From Camelus dromedarius (lineage: Eukaryota): DNA of 64,000 nt. A program made the position numbers and the translations under genes. Of this stretch, positions 38,660 to 51,724 are shown piece after piece; within the stretch, counting starts at the first letter, position 1, and each line of letters begins with the position of its first letter. The stretch covers positions 17,734,001-17,798,000 of the forward strand of contig NC_087437.1 of NCBI RefSeq assembly GCF_036321535.1. Reading direction: 5' to 3'. The notes beneath the pieces are model-generated. The model saw only the letters and a program-made list of their open reading frames with translations. It did no database searches and was not told the origin of the DNA.

Positions 38660-41070
38660 TTAATTTTCATATTTCTCTTTGATCCATGGATTAGAAGTGT
38701 GTTGTTTTGTTTCCAAGTATTTGGAAATTTTCCTGTTATCTTTCTGTTTTTTATTTCAAGTTTGATTCCATGTGGCAGAGAACACCCTCTGTATGATTCC
38801 AGGTTTTAAAAATATGTTGAGATTTGTATTATGGCCCAGGATACGATATATCTTGGTTTATGTCCTGTATGCACTTGAAAAGAATGTGTATTCTACTATT
38901 GTTGGGTGGAGTGTTCTAAAAATGTCAATTAGGTCCTGTTGGCTGATGATGTTATTGAGTTCTTCTATATGTTTGATCATTTACTGTGGAGATGTTCTGT
39001 CAATTTTTTGGAGAGGGTTTTTGAAGTCTTCAAATACAACTGTGGATTTATCTATTTCTCCTTTTATTTCTATCAAATTTTGCTTCATGTATTTTGGTTA
39101 TGTTGTTTGGTGCATACTGATTTAGAATTGTTAGTTTTTTTGGAGGATGACTCTTTTAAAAAAATGTTTTTTCTTATGCCTTATTTATTTTATTTTTAAT
39201 TGAAGAATAATTATTTTGGAGGATGACTATCATTATATTATGTCTTTCTCTAACTCTGGTAATTTTATTTGCTCTGAAGTCTATTTTAGCTGATATTCAT
39301 TTATCCACTCATTTTCCTTTGCTTAATGTTTTTATGGTATGTCTTTTTATTACCTTTTATTCTCAATCTGCCTATATCATAATATTTAAAGTCAATTTCT
39401 TGTAGACATTATATTGCTGCACCATGTTTTCTAATCCACTCTGAAAATCTCTGTCTTTTAGTTGGTGTATTCAAAGCATTCACATTTTATATAATTATTA
39501 AGTTAGGGCTAAATCTGTTGTTTTACTTTTCTGTTTTGTGTTTGTTCTCTGTTTTTGTTCTGTTCTCATTTTACTGCATTCCATGGGCTATTTGCACTTG
39601 AAAAATTCCACATTGATTTATTGATAGTATTCTTTACTACTCTTTATGTAGCTTATTTTGGTGGTTTTTCTAGATATTCAATTATATGTCTTTATACACA
39701 CACATACACACACGCACATACACAGAGAGAAGCATACCTCAAAGATATTGTGAGTTCTGTTCCAGACCACAACAATAAAGCAAATATCACAATAAAGCAA
39801 ATCACACAAATGTTTTGGGTTCCCAGTGCATATATGTTTACACTATAATGTAGTTTATTGCAATAGCATTATGTCTTTAAAAAGTATATACCTTAATTAA
39901 AAACACTTTATTGCTAAAAAATAATAACCGTCATCTGGTTCTTCAGCTAGTCATAGTAGGAACATCAAAGATCACTGATCAGAGATCAACATAACAAATG
40001 TAATAATAATGAAAAAAATTGAAATATTGTGAGAATTACCAAAATGTGGTACAGAGACAAGATGTGAGCAAATGCTGTTAGAAGAATGGTGCCGATAGAC
40101 TTGGTCAATACAGGACTGCCACAAACCTTCAATTTGTAAAAAAAAAAACACAATATCTGCAAAGCACAATAAAGTGAAGCATAATAAAATTAGGTATGCC
40201 TATAGATATGTATACATATACATATACAAACACACACACCCCCCTTATTGCAGTCTACTGGTGTCATTTCACCAGTTCAAGTGAAATATTATAATGTAAC
40301 CTCATTTTACATCCCATTACCCTTCCTTCCCTATTTATAAAATAGTTCTCTCAAGTATTTGCTCCATATACATTTAGAAATGCATCAGTCACTGTTATAA
40401 TTTTTGCTTCAATTGTCAAACATGATTTATAAAACTCAAGAGTAGGAGGCAAGACTATTGTATATATCCATATTTTTGCTTGTTATGTTTTTTTTTTTCC
40501 CTTCTGATATTCCAAGGTCCTTTCTTTTCTCATTTCCTTTTTTTTTTTTTTAAAGAAATTTGTTTAACCATTCCTTTAGGGTAGGTTTGGTGGTGACAAA
40601 CTCTCTTAGTTTTCTTCCTTTGAGAATGTCTTGATTTTTCCTTCATTCTTAAAGGATATTTTCACTAGGTATAAGATTCTGGGTTAGCAGTTATTTTATT
40701 TCAACACTCAGAAATTATTATGCTACTTCCTTTTGGCCTCCATAGTTTCTGATGAGAAATAGTCATTCCAATTTTTACTTCCCTTTACATAAAGTGTCTT
40801 TCTGGCTGCTTTCAAGATGTCTTCATTGTATTTTATTTCAGAAGTTTAACTGTGATATATCTTGATGTGGATGTTTTTGTTTGGATTTGCCCTGTTTGGG
40901 GTTCACTCACCTTCTTGAATCTATAGATTTATGTCCTTTGACAAATTTGGGAAGATTTCAGTCATTATTTCTTCAAGTATTTTTTCCAACTTGGCCCTCC
41001 TTTTCTTCTACTTCTGGGACTCTGAAGACACAAATGTTAAAACTTTTGCTATAGTCCCACAGGTCCCTCA
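38660..41070 (-). mobile_element. Old LINE-1 (endonuclease region through ORF1), antisense
   Basis: gcacttgaaaagaatgtgtattctactattgttgggtggagtgttc; aaggatattttcactaggtataagattctgggttagcag. Confidence 0.85.
39729..40202 (-). mobile_element. Internally deleted Tigger1 (Tigger1a_Art-like) nested in L1
   Basis: Both TIR cores present (gcatacctc...taggtatgcct); agatattgtgagttctgttccagaccacaacaataaagc; gccacaaaccttcaatttgtaaaa. Confidence 0.85.
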
Positions 41071-41074
41071 GGGT

Positions 41075-42165
41075 ATGTCCTAACAGAGGTTCAAAAACAC
41101 CTTACATCTATAAACCTCATACCAGGCCACTATGCAAAATGATCAATTATGACCAAGTAGAGTTTATTCCAGAATGTAATCCTGGTTTTCTTTAGAAATT
41201 ATTAATGAATATCATTTAATTAAGAAATTGAAGAAGAAAAACTGTGTGCTCATTCTAACTGATGCCAAAGCAAATATTTGATAAAAAGCCAGCATGTATT
41301 TTTTTATCAAAGAAAAATAAATATTAAACAAATCAGTATAATACTCACAGCAAGGTGGCAATACTAATAGATGGAAAGTTTTAATTTGATGAGGTATGTA
41401 TATCCAACAGAAATACTGCAAATATTATACTCAATTGTGAAGAACAAGAGAAGATGGAATTATTACTGCTACCTTTTATCATTATTCTGGAGGTATGACA
41501 TAATGCAATAAGACATGAAAAAATGGTACAATTATTGGAAAGGAAGAAATAAAACTATTATTATTTGGAAATAGAATAATTGTCTACCTAAAAAATCCAA
41601 GAAAAGCAACATAAAATGATTAGAACTATTAAAATAGTTCAGCAAGGCATCTGAATGTAAAATCAACATACAAAACCCAGCAACTTTACTATAGATTAAC
41701 AATAACCACATAGAAGGTGTAGTGCAAAAAAGTTCCATTCTCAATAGCAGCAAGATACTTAGCAACGGACCTAATTAGAAATGCATGGTTAATATAAAAG
41801 AGGATAAAACTTTATTGAAAAATTTAAAGGAAATGCTGAATAGAGACATATCATGATTTGAAAGGAAAGACTTGGAAGTTGAACGGATGGCAATTCTCCA
41901 GAAAATTAATTTGTAAATGTAAATAAGTGTCAATCAAAAGCCTGAAGTGAAATTTTATGAAACTTGAAAGGATGACTCTAAAGTTTACCTAGCAAAGAAA
42001 ATGTGCATGAAGGAACCAAGAAAAGAATTTTAATGGAGAACAATGAAGGAGCTTTTGCCAGATATTAACATATTTTATAATATCATAGCAATTTAAACAC
42101 TTTGGTGTTGGCACTAAAATAGACAAGTTTATGAAAGAATACAGCAACAAACCAAGGGGCATTAT
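41075..42165 (+). mobile_element. Very old L1M ORF2 fragment
   Basis: attatgaccaagtagagtttattccagaatg; aaaatcaacatacaaaacccagcaac. Confidence 0.7.
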
Positions 42166-42929
42166 AATTAACAGCCTTTTTTTTTTTTTCCCCTTCTAAG
42201 AGCCTTGGTTTGGACTTGACCTCCCTTGTCAGCACCAGGAAGGACAGAGAGTAATTCAAGCTGGAGGCAATTGCTCCAATCCCTGGCCAGCGACACAGGC
42301 TATAGGGAGAATGAGCTCTAGTGTTTTCCTTGAAGAAATGCTGGTAAAGAAAACAGATGAGGCAACATGTGAAGTTGAAAATCCTGACCAAGTCAAAGGG
42401 AAAACAGTAGATCTATCCGGTATCCCAGACTTCTAAATACCACCGAAGTCCATCTACTTGTAAATTCTTTTTTTTGTTTACTGTCCAACCCGAATGTATT
42501 CAGTACTTTCCCCGAGGAGAGACGTGACTACACTACACAGAAATGTGCCCTTTATTAGAGTTCATTTGATTTTTCAGTGGCCTTTTATTATAATATAATT
42601 ATGAATGAAGAAGGATGCCTTTAATCAGAGTACCCAAGAGTGGACATTTTCCCTAGATAGCGTCTGCCTTTGGCTCAGTCTTCTGTGTTTGAAAGTATAT
42701 GACATCATGTAGTCTTCTCCCTCTTTATCTTATTTCTGTCAGTCAAGTCTATCTTGATACCAGGACAACTACACAGTGATTGAAAGCAACCATGTCCAAA
42801 AAATATGTTTCCCCTTGCTGAAAAGCTTTATTTCCAAATGCAATCATATGCATTTCAGTACATACTACTATAATTTTTTATTCTAATACAGCAATACTCC
42901 TTCAATTTATCAGATCTCCTTCATACAAG

Positions 42930-44870
42930 AAGTTGGTATATGATTAATATGTCATTTAAAAAGTGGTGGAGAAAGGATAGACTGTTTAATAAATGATGTT
43001 GGGACAATTAATTATTATTAAGTTAGATTACCCTCTCATACAAAAATCAAAATCAATTCTAGGTGGAGTAAAGAAATACATATCAAAAAGAAAAATTTAA
43101 GGTTTCAAAAATACAGAAGTTTTATAAACTTTGAATGCTGTAGCAAGAATTCTACCATAGAAAATGGAGACCATGCCAGTTGTTTCAAGTAGAAAAAGAT
43201 TTAATGTACAGGATTAGTAGCTTCTAAAATCTATAAAAAGGAGTGGGCAGGTGGTTATTTTGAGGCCATTTCTAGTTTGATTTTCTGTTTCTTGCAACCA
43301 AAGATATTCTAAGTGATAATCTAACTCACATTTGACAGATGTGACTACATTGAAATGTACTCTTTAATATGACATAGTAATCATACAACTCATAATAGCT
43401 GCCACTAATTGAGCACTGCCAATGTGCCAGATGATGTGCTATGCAGTTTCCAAATATTGCCTCATTTAATACTCACAGTAATTCAAGGTCTGGGTACTAC
43501 TGTAACAGAGTCCTACTTTAAAAGCGCAAACTAAGTCTTAAAAAACATTAGTGATTTTCCCAAAGTTATACAGCTAGTGAGTTGTAGAAGTAAGATTTGA
43601 ACCCAGGTTGTCTGATTCCAGAGCAAACAATCACTTATTCTGTGACCTTCCCACTATGAAGATGTCATAACAGTAATAAAAACAAGTGACAGACCAAGAG
43701 CAAATATTTATAACATATAACAAATGTAATATTAATATTAATATTAATAATATAGAGAGAACAACTACTGATCAGCAGGAAAAAGGCAAATAATGTGATA
43801 GGAAAAATGGGTAAAATAATTCACCAAGCAGTAAATACAAATGCCTAATAAAGATGTGGGAAAAAAAGACCTCAACGTTGTTAGCAATTCAGTAAATGCA
43901 AATTAAGCAAAATAAATGCAATTTAAAGTAGTCATGACATGGCAGCCTTTAACTCTTCAGATTATCATTTTAAAAATATTTTTAATAGCAAATGTGCATG
44001 TGGGTATAGACAAATAGCCACTGTTGATAAATTGTTGATTGGAATAAAAGCTAGAAAAGCCTTTTTGGAAAGGAAATTTGAAATATAGATCAAAAGGTAA
44101 GATTTTAAATATTTATACTTTGTCCCAGCTATTCTTCTCCTGGGAATCTGTCCTAGAGAAATAAGCCCATTCCAGCTACATGGATTTAGCATTATTTAAA
44201 ATAGATAAATTGACCTATAATTGGGGAATGGTCAAAGTAATGGACCATTCATATCCTACTAGTCAGAGTTCTCCAGAGAAAAAGCCAATAAAAATCTCTT
44301 TGCATATACATTTATATACAGATTTTAATTTTTTTTTTGTGAGGAATTGGATCACATGGTTAAAGAGGATGAAGTCCCAAGATCTGTAATCAGTAAGCTA
44401 GACAACCAGAAATGCCGAGAGTGTAGTTCCAGTCTGGAAGCTGGCCAGCTTGAGACTCAGAAAAGGCAAGTAAAAAACAATGTTCCAGCTTAAAAGGAGA
44501 CAGGCAGAAGGAATTGTCTCTTACTCCGCCATTTTGTTCTATTCAGGCCTTCAAGTGACCAGACGTAGCCCACCCACATTGGGGAGGGCAATCTGCTTTA
44601 CTCAGTCTGCTGATTCAAACCTTAATCTTATCCAGAAACACTCTCACAGACACATTCTGAATAATATTTGACCAAATATCTGAGCATCCCATGTTCCAGT
44701 CAATTTATACAGAAAATTAACTATCACACATAGTATGAAATTTCATATGGTCTTTAAAAAGGATGAGCCAGAGTTGTATATTTTGACTTGGAAAGATCTC
44801 CAAGTTACATTGTTAAATGAAAAAAACAAACCACTGAATAATAATAAGTGTTATTATTGCAGATGTTTGC
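42930..44870 (+). mobile_element. Old L1ME 3' region, interrupted by an LTR piece, a MIR (~43395-43640, minus) and MLT2
   Basis: tgtttaataaatgatgttgggacaatt; cccagctattcttctcctgggaatctgtcctagagaaat. Confidence 0.6.
44255..44730 (-). mobile_element. ERVL MLT2-type solo LTR
   Basis: agtcagagttctccagagaaa...gaggaattggatcacatg...aagtcccaagatctg...cagaaaattaactatcaca. Confidence 0.85.
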
Positions 44871-46406
44871 ATATGTTTATTTTATATATTTGATATATGT
44901 ACACATTTAAATATAAGGAAAAGGCCTAGAATCTTATGACTTTGAACTCTTTAAGTTTCATGCAACAGATACTCGTTTTTCTCTAACTCAGTGAATTTGA
45001 ATTCTGGTAAGTGGGATGCAGGGCTCAAACAGTATCAGTGGGGTTTTCCCCCTTTCTATCCTTCAGATTTCCTTTCTTCTTTCTGTGTGATTCCTCCAAG
45101 GCTGGAGAGGATGACCACTGACCGTTCCAGATTTATACATGAGAAAATCCTCTTGCAACTCTAAAGCCACATCCCATATAGACCTAAATGCATTCTGCTA
45201 TCTTGTCTACTAATACTAATTTATTTCCAATTAAGAATGAACCCTAAGCAGCTCTCTGATAAGTAACGTGTAAGGCAAGTGAACATGATGATAATCAGAG
45301 GAGGCAGGGCATCACTGACTGGGCGCCATGGCAGCGTGTAGGACTCCAGGCAAAATGATGCTCAGAAGATAGATCCAGGGGCTTCCTCAGCTAGCCAGGC
45401 TTTCTGTTCCAGCACATTCATAAACTGTGAGCTTACAGCGAGGATGGGCCGAGGAGGCCACTGCACGCCCTTGTTGCTAAATAAAAAGTGGTGGAGACTA
45501 CAGAGCAAGGGTTATATGCCTGGACTGTGGTGGAGCCTAGTTTCAAACTAGACCTCCTGATTCTTTACCTCAGTTCGTATACTGTGAATCTCCTCCTTGT
45601 CCCCTTCCTTTGGCCCTTGACTGCATCTCTTTTGTCATTTACTCATTTTGTATTCATTCATTCAGTGAATATTTACTGAAGATCTATTATGTGCCAAGCA
45701 CTGAGGATAAAGCGGTGAACAGCACAGCTGGTGGGCTGCAGCACGTGACTCAAAAGACAAGCTGCCCCTCCTCTTTTCTCTCACCACCAGTCACATTCCT
45801 GGAGCTCCTTGGATGGGCTGACACCACAAGGCAGCATTAGTTAACATGTTCCAATAGATGCGAGTCCCATAAGGGTCCTGCTGTCGGATAAATTGAGGGA
45901 AACTGCACTCTATGACTCTCTCTTGGAGATTCAAGTATACATTGACATTCAAAGTTCTAGGAAACGCCTCAGGGGACCTGGGGACCTTGGTTCTGAACTG
46001 TTAGAGTTGTTAAATTGAGTTGGAGTCTGGTCCTGTTTGGATAAAGTAGTTCTGGATTCTGGTCCATTCACAGTACTCCTTCTCCTGGCTGTGGGGAGGT
46101 GGGCTGCTGCTGCTGGAACCCCTCACTGGTGGGTGGCTGAGTTTATCAGAGCCTCCATCTGCAATGGGTGTGCCATTATTATTATTTTTTTGCTGATTAC
46201 TTTCTAAGAGTTTTCTCTTAGCTAGTCTGCAAGTCTCCTCTTATGTTTGAGCGATATTTGTTATTTAATTTGGTTGTGAGTCTACAGAAAGTTTCCTCTT
46301 ATTTTTAAACAGAGCTATTTTTTTTCCTGTTTTTAAAACCTCAGGTGCGCAGAATTGGATTAACCATAGTCCTTGGTTCATGATGCATTCTCCTCCTTGG
46401 CCAGCT

Positions 46407-46458
46407 TGTGTGTGTGTGTGCATGTGTGTATGTATGTAAGTGTGCATATATGTATGTA
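46407..46458. repeat. (TG)n/(TATG)n low-complexity repeat
   Basis: tgtgtgtgtgtgtgcatgtgtgtatgtatgtaagtgtgcatatatgtatgta. Confidence 0.8.
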
Positions 46459-46509
46459 ATTTCTCCCTTCTTCCCTTCCATCTCTCCTTCCTTTCCATCC
46501 TTCTAGCCC

Positions 46510-47060
46510 ACAACCTCCCCAAAGCTAAACATTGACAGTAACTCATATCTAACCATGGAGTTTCCCTCACCAGCCCCTCTCCTTGCCTTCACTCACCTGA
46601 GATAAACATTTTCCTGAGTCCTGTCCTCATCATTCCCTTGCTTTTTAAACATGTAACCTTAATGCATCTATACATATAAAGTTTGTTTTTATTTTAATTA
46701 TTTTTACCTTTGTAAAAAGAATGTCATTAAGGTGCATAATCGCTTGGGGATGACGTTTTCACTTTTTATTATATGAGTGAGATACACCTTTATCATTCTG
46801 GGTCCCTGGAGTTCATTTGTCTGGACTACTGTACAGTATTCCATTTTGTGAACATATCATTGTTGATTTAGCCACACTCCCACTGAGGGTATGTATGTTG
46901 CTTCCGAGTGTTTGGTACTGTGAAAAGGAAAATTTTCTGTTGTACATCTGCAAGAATTTCTCCCGTGTGTTTAGGAAGAGAATCACTGGGGCATAGGCTA
47001 TAGGAATGCTCAACTTTAGGAGGTAACGCCAAATGTTTTCCAACATGATTGCTCCAAATA
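46510..47060 (-). mobile_element. L1ME-type 3' region, antisense
   Basis: ctgtacagtattccattttgtgaacatatc; gctcaactttaggaggtaacgccaaatgttttcc. Confidence 0.7.
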
Positions 47061-47429
47061 TTAAAAATATTTTTCTATCCTTCTAGTGTTTGGGATGGAG
47101 AGTGAAGTTTCTGCTTGTGCTAGTTCTCCCATCTTGACCTAGGCATCACTGAGTTAAAACAATGTAGACTGAAAAGGGTAACAGTGGAAGATGGACATGG
47201 TAGCAGGAAGCAAAGAGTCATATAGGGAGACACTGCCTTTTGTTCTTTTTACCACCTCAGAAGCCACAGCCATGTTCCTCCATGAGTTCAGCAGAGGCTA
47301 ACTTCCCTTATTCCTGCCTGCTCCTGGAATCACCCTTAGCATCTTTGCTGGGCTTGACTCCTTCTCTCTCAGGTCCCAAAACCTCTAAGGACTTTCAATC
47401 TAAGTTAATCTTGTCACCATTTAGCAGGA

Positions 47430-48630
47430 TGTATTAGTCAGCTTGGGTTGTCATAACAAAATACCACAGACTGGGTGGCTTAAACAGGAGAAATGTCTTT
47501 CTCACCGTTCTGGAGGCTGGGAAGCCAAGATCAAGGCGCTGCTAAATTCTGTTTCTGGTGAGGACTCTCTTCTTGGCTTACAGACGGCCAGCTTCTCCCT
47601 ATGTCCTCACATGGTCTTTCCTTGGTGTGTGGCATAGAGAGACAGAGAGAGAGGGTGAGTGAGTGAGTTCTCAAGTGTCTCTTCTTATAAAAGGACACTA
47701 GTCCTATCAGGTCAGACTTTCACCCTTATGACCTCATTTAACCTTAATTATTTCCTTAGAGGCCCCATTTCAAAATATAATCAAACTGAGAGTTAGGGCT
47801 TCAACACATGAATTTGGGGGAACCCAAATATTCAGTCCATAATATTCTTCTCCTGGTCCCCCCAAAATTCATGTCCTTCTTGCATGCAAAATACATTTCT
47901 TCCATCCCAATAGCCTCCAAAGTCCTAACTCATTTCAGTATCAAATCTAAAGTCCAAAGTTCAAAGTCTCATCTAAATAACATCTAAATCACATATGGCT
48001 GAGACTAGAGGTATAATTCACCCTGAGGCAAGATACTTCTCTAGTTGTGAACCTGTGAAACCACATGACTTATGTGCTTCCAAAATACAATGAGTATAAG
48101 GTAGACATTCCCATCTCAAAAGGGAGAAACCAGAAGGAAGAAGGTAGTGTTGGGTCCCAAGCAAGTCCAAATCATAGCAAGGCTAATCCCATTAGAACTG
48201 AAGGCCCTAGAGTTATCCTCTTTGATGCCTGCCTTCCAGGCCCACTGTCATCTCTTGTGAGTCAGCCTTGTCCCTTTGGCTCAGGGACAGCCCCCTCCAT
48301 AAGGCCTTGGGGAGGGGTGTGAGCGTGTTGGGGGAACTGCCTGGCCTGCTAAAATAGAGGAGGGAGCCCCACCCTCTGAGACTGAGGAAGAGACAGCCTT
48401 GTGCCCTGTGCCTGTGGTGGGAGTGGCATCTCTGACAATCTCTGTATCACCTTTGGGTCCTTCTTCCCTTTTCTTGAAGTAGAAAGTGTATTCCTGGCCA
48501 CATAACTCTATTGTGCCATCTTGCTCCCTTCGGCCCAAGCTCACAGTGTTTCTGATGCTATTATCCCATCTTTATTCCTGGCTTTTGCTGAGATGGCTGA
48601 TTAAATCCAAAGTTCATACTCATACATACT
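47430..48630 (-). mobile_element. MaLR (MLT1A-like) 3' LTR (47430-47843) plus adjoining internal sequence
   Basis: tgtattagtcagcttgggttgtcataacaaaataccacagactgggtggc...attcagtccataata, then pyrimidine tract ttcttctcct (reverse polypurine tract) and MaLR-internal-like aaaattcatgtccttcttgcatgcaaaatacatt. Confidence 0.8.
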
Positions 48631-49509
48631 AAGCAAGTGATACTGGATTTTCACAGTGACCTGGCTCCTGATTCAGCAGCAATTTAATCTTGTCCATTTA
48701 GCTTTAGTGTAAAGTGAATTATATTGTATTCTAAGGTTTATTTTCCAATTAAAGTAATCCAAATAAAGCATTTTAGGGAATCTTCCGTAAAACTGAATAC
48801 TTTAATTAATTAATTAATAATTTAATTCCATGATCAGGTCAAAAGTTATATAAACCAACTGTCTAAAAATCTTGCTCTGACAACCTTTGGGCAAAAGTAA
48901 CCCTTTGTTATCAGCAAACTGAATTACTTTCAACGTTGATGGCTCATACTTTTCATTAACTAAAAACTATTGCCATTTAATGGGATTTGACAGACACTCC
49001 TTGAGCCATCCCAGTTCCCTAGGATCTCATATGTCATGGGGGAGACAGACAGGTCATTTAGAATTTCCATACAGTGTTATCAGTGCTGTGATGGAGACAA
49101 CACAGGTATTAGAAATGTCTTGACCTTTGTAATTCTTGTCATAAAAATAATCTGATAAGCCTTCAATTTTTAAAGTGCTTTTGGAGAAAATGTTCATATA
49201 TATGTTTAACCTGTTCCATTTTACAGTTTGTGATTATTTCAGGGCCGCTGGATTAGATGAGTGATGGGCAGGTACAGTATGTGTTTACCACTGCGGTTCT
49301 CATAAACTCCCCTGCAGAAGAGTTGTGGAAGGGCTCTGGGAACCAGGCCGTGGTATCTGTCTCCCAGAATCAGGATGGTGTCAGGCACCTGAGAAGTCCA
49401 GTGATGTGTGAAGAAGGGGTTTCCATGGCCTACCCCCAGGCTGGGCTGCAGCCTCCACCTCTTCAGGGTGACCAGCATGTCCCCAGCCCTCCACCTCCTT
49501 GGTCAGAGC

Positions 49510-49680
49510 ACCCACCATTCACGTTACTGCCTACCTCTGGTCTGCCTCTCCTGCCGGACTGTGGCATTTCAGAGGGCAATGACCTTGTCCTGTTTATCGC
49601 AGATCCCCAATGCCTGGCAGAGCACCTGGTACACAATGAGCACTCAATAAATGTTTGTTGAAAGAAGGATGAACAAATAT
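49510..49680 (+). mobile_element. LINE-2 3' terminus
   Basis: gagggcaatgaccttgtcctgttt...cagagcacctggtacacaatgagcactcaataaatgtttgttgaa. Confidence 0.8.
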
Positions 49681-51521
49681 TACAGGCAAAATGTATAATC
49701 GAGGGATTGTAATCAACTCCAAGCTAATTCCTAGTCAGTTCCTAGCTGTGGCTTATGGCCATATTAAACTTTGCATTAGAATGATTTATAATGCCTGGTT
49801 TAACACAACGACAATAACATACTCAATGAGGTAATAAATGAACTGTGTTTTAGACATGGTCAATTGTTAAACTAGGAATTAATTTAATTCAGAGTTTGTG
49901 TTTTCATCATTAATACAATCACATGGAAATATTTGAGCTCAGCTTCATACTATTGAATTTAGACACACTGAAAATTCAAGCAGCTTTATTTACTAAAGGC
50001 TTTTAATTGAGGAACAGCCTCTTCTTCAATTAAACATTTAGCTTCCGTAAATGTGGTTTATGAATTTACTCCCCGTTTTCAATTGCTGTAGACATTTGTT
50101 CAACATCTGGTTTTATAGCCATTTAAATAAACAGGTTTTGCTATAATAAAATGTGTATATTCATTTGGAGTAGGTAACATCATTTTTATGGGAGTTTATC
50201 TTGTACAATGCAATTAAGGGCTTCTATAGCAACCTGCTTTCAAAACGTATGGAAAGTTAAAACCCCCAAAGACATTCACTGTAGAAAGAACTGAGTAGGT
50301 AGAAGTATATGAATTGAAAGGAATCAAAATTATTTTCTCCTTGAAACACTGATATTTCTGTTCTATTGTTTGCAAACTGTCAAATTCCTTTGAAAAGAAG
50401 AAAAGGTAATTCATGGAGTGGAATCCACAAACCACATCTTCCTCTCCCACATCCCACCTCCTCTCTTACCCTTAACCGGGTCCGGTTACATCCCTGAACC
50501 CACGTGACGATAATGTAGTCACAGACAGAGGTGAGGACTAGCTATCAGAAAGATGGAAATTTTTATTATTTTCCATTTCTGGGAACTCAGGCGAGGATGG
50601 ATTGATAAGTTTAAAAAAATAATTGTGAATGGTGTATTTCAGATGATATTTAGATATTGAAGTACATGTGTATGTGTACCTGTATGCTTATGCCACTGTC
50701 CGCTCCCAAGGAAGCACTGAAAATCATGTCCAGAGATCTTTTTCTACAACTGTTTACTGGGTTCACCATCTCCTCCTGGGATTTGAGTCCTTCTACGGCT
50801 TCCTGTCATCCTACGGAAGAGCACACACGTCCACAGGCAACTCATTTGGCCAAATTCCTACGAAACACAACTGAAGCTCGATCAGTAGGACTCTAAATAT
50901 TTAGCTGTTTGAACACAATTCACGTGACTGACCTGCGTGCTGGATTTTACCTGAGAGAAGTGCTGAGTTAGAAGAGAGGGTGGTGAGCCTTGGACGGCAG
51001 GCAAGGAAACGCAGAAGAATACGATGGAGAAACACGCTTAGTTTCCATTTGCATTCCTGTTATCCCTCCTTCAGATCCCAGGACGCGCTTCTAGGGATTA
51101 TTTGCAAAGCAGTTTAAAGTATCCTGAGGGTTCTGATGGCTGATCTCAAGAATCTTTGCCCCGGAACAATCTGCATGCATATGAGAAAAGATGGTGATTG
51201 GTACCATCAACTGAGAAAGGAGGAAAACAAGTTTGGCCACTGTTGGCTTTTTTTTTTTTTTTTTAAATGGTTTTCTCAATCCCCAGAAACCCAAACAGTA
51301 TTTTAATTGTAGCTTCTCCAAAGCTCCTTTTATTGTTTCCTTTAGCACATGCTGTCTTCAGCCTTGTTGCTGAAATTTACGCTATTGTCAGAAATCCTAG
51401 ATTAAAAAAATCTAGTAGTGTGGCTAGATAGGCTTAACTCCCTCTCTCTAGGTGTTCAACACCCCTATCAAGGGTCCATTTCTTCATTTGGCGATCTGTG
51501 TCTATGTAGATGTGTGCAAGT

Positions 51522-51546
51522 CACACACACACACACACACACACAC
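51522..51546. repeat. (CA)12 microsatellite
   Basis: Read directly. Confidence 0.95.
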
Positions 51547-51702
51547 GCACGCAGCAGGAACGGACTCCGGAGCCAGTCTGCATCATCACCCCTATTAGGA
51601 TTACCTGAGTACTGGAACTGTGGGTAAAAGAAGATCTATTTCTTTTCCAAAGGGTGAGAAAAATGGAAGGGTGTCAGGGAGAGGGAAAAGACAGAAAATA
51701 AA

Positions 51703-51724
51703 GTGTGTGTGTGTGTGTGTGTGT
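51703..51724. repeat. (GT)11 microsatellite
   Basis: Read directly. Confidence 0.95.

Noticed and set aside
36295..41070. Intact L1, or a single inverted L1
   Set aside because: Many stops and frameshifts; the plus and minus parts look like separate old elements and I found no shared TSD.
43727..43750. Self-complementary (TAATAT)n run
   Set aside because: Simple AT slippage repeat inside an old L1.
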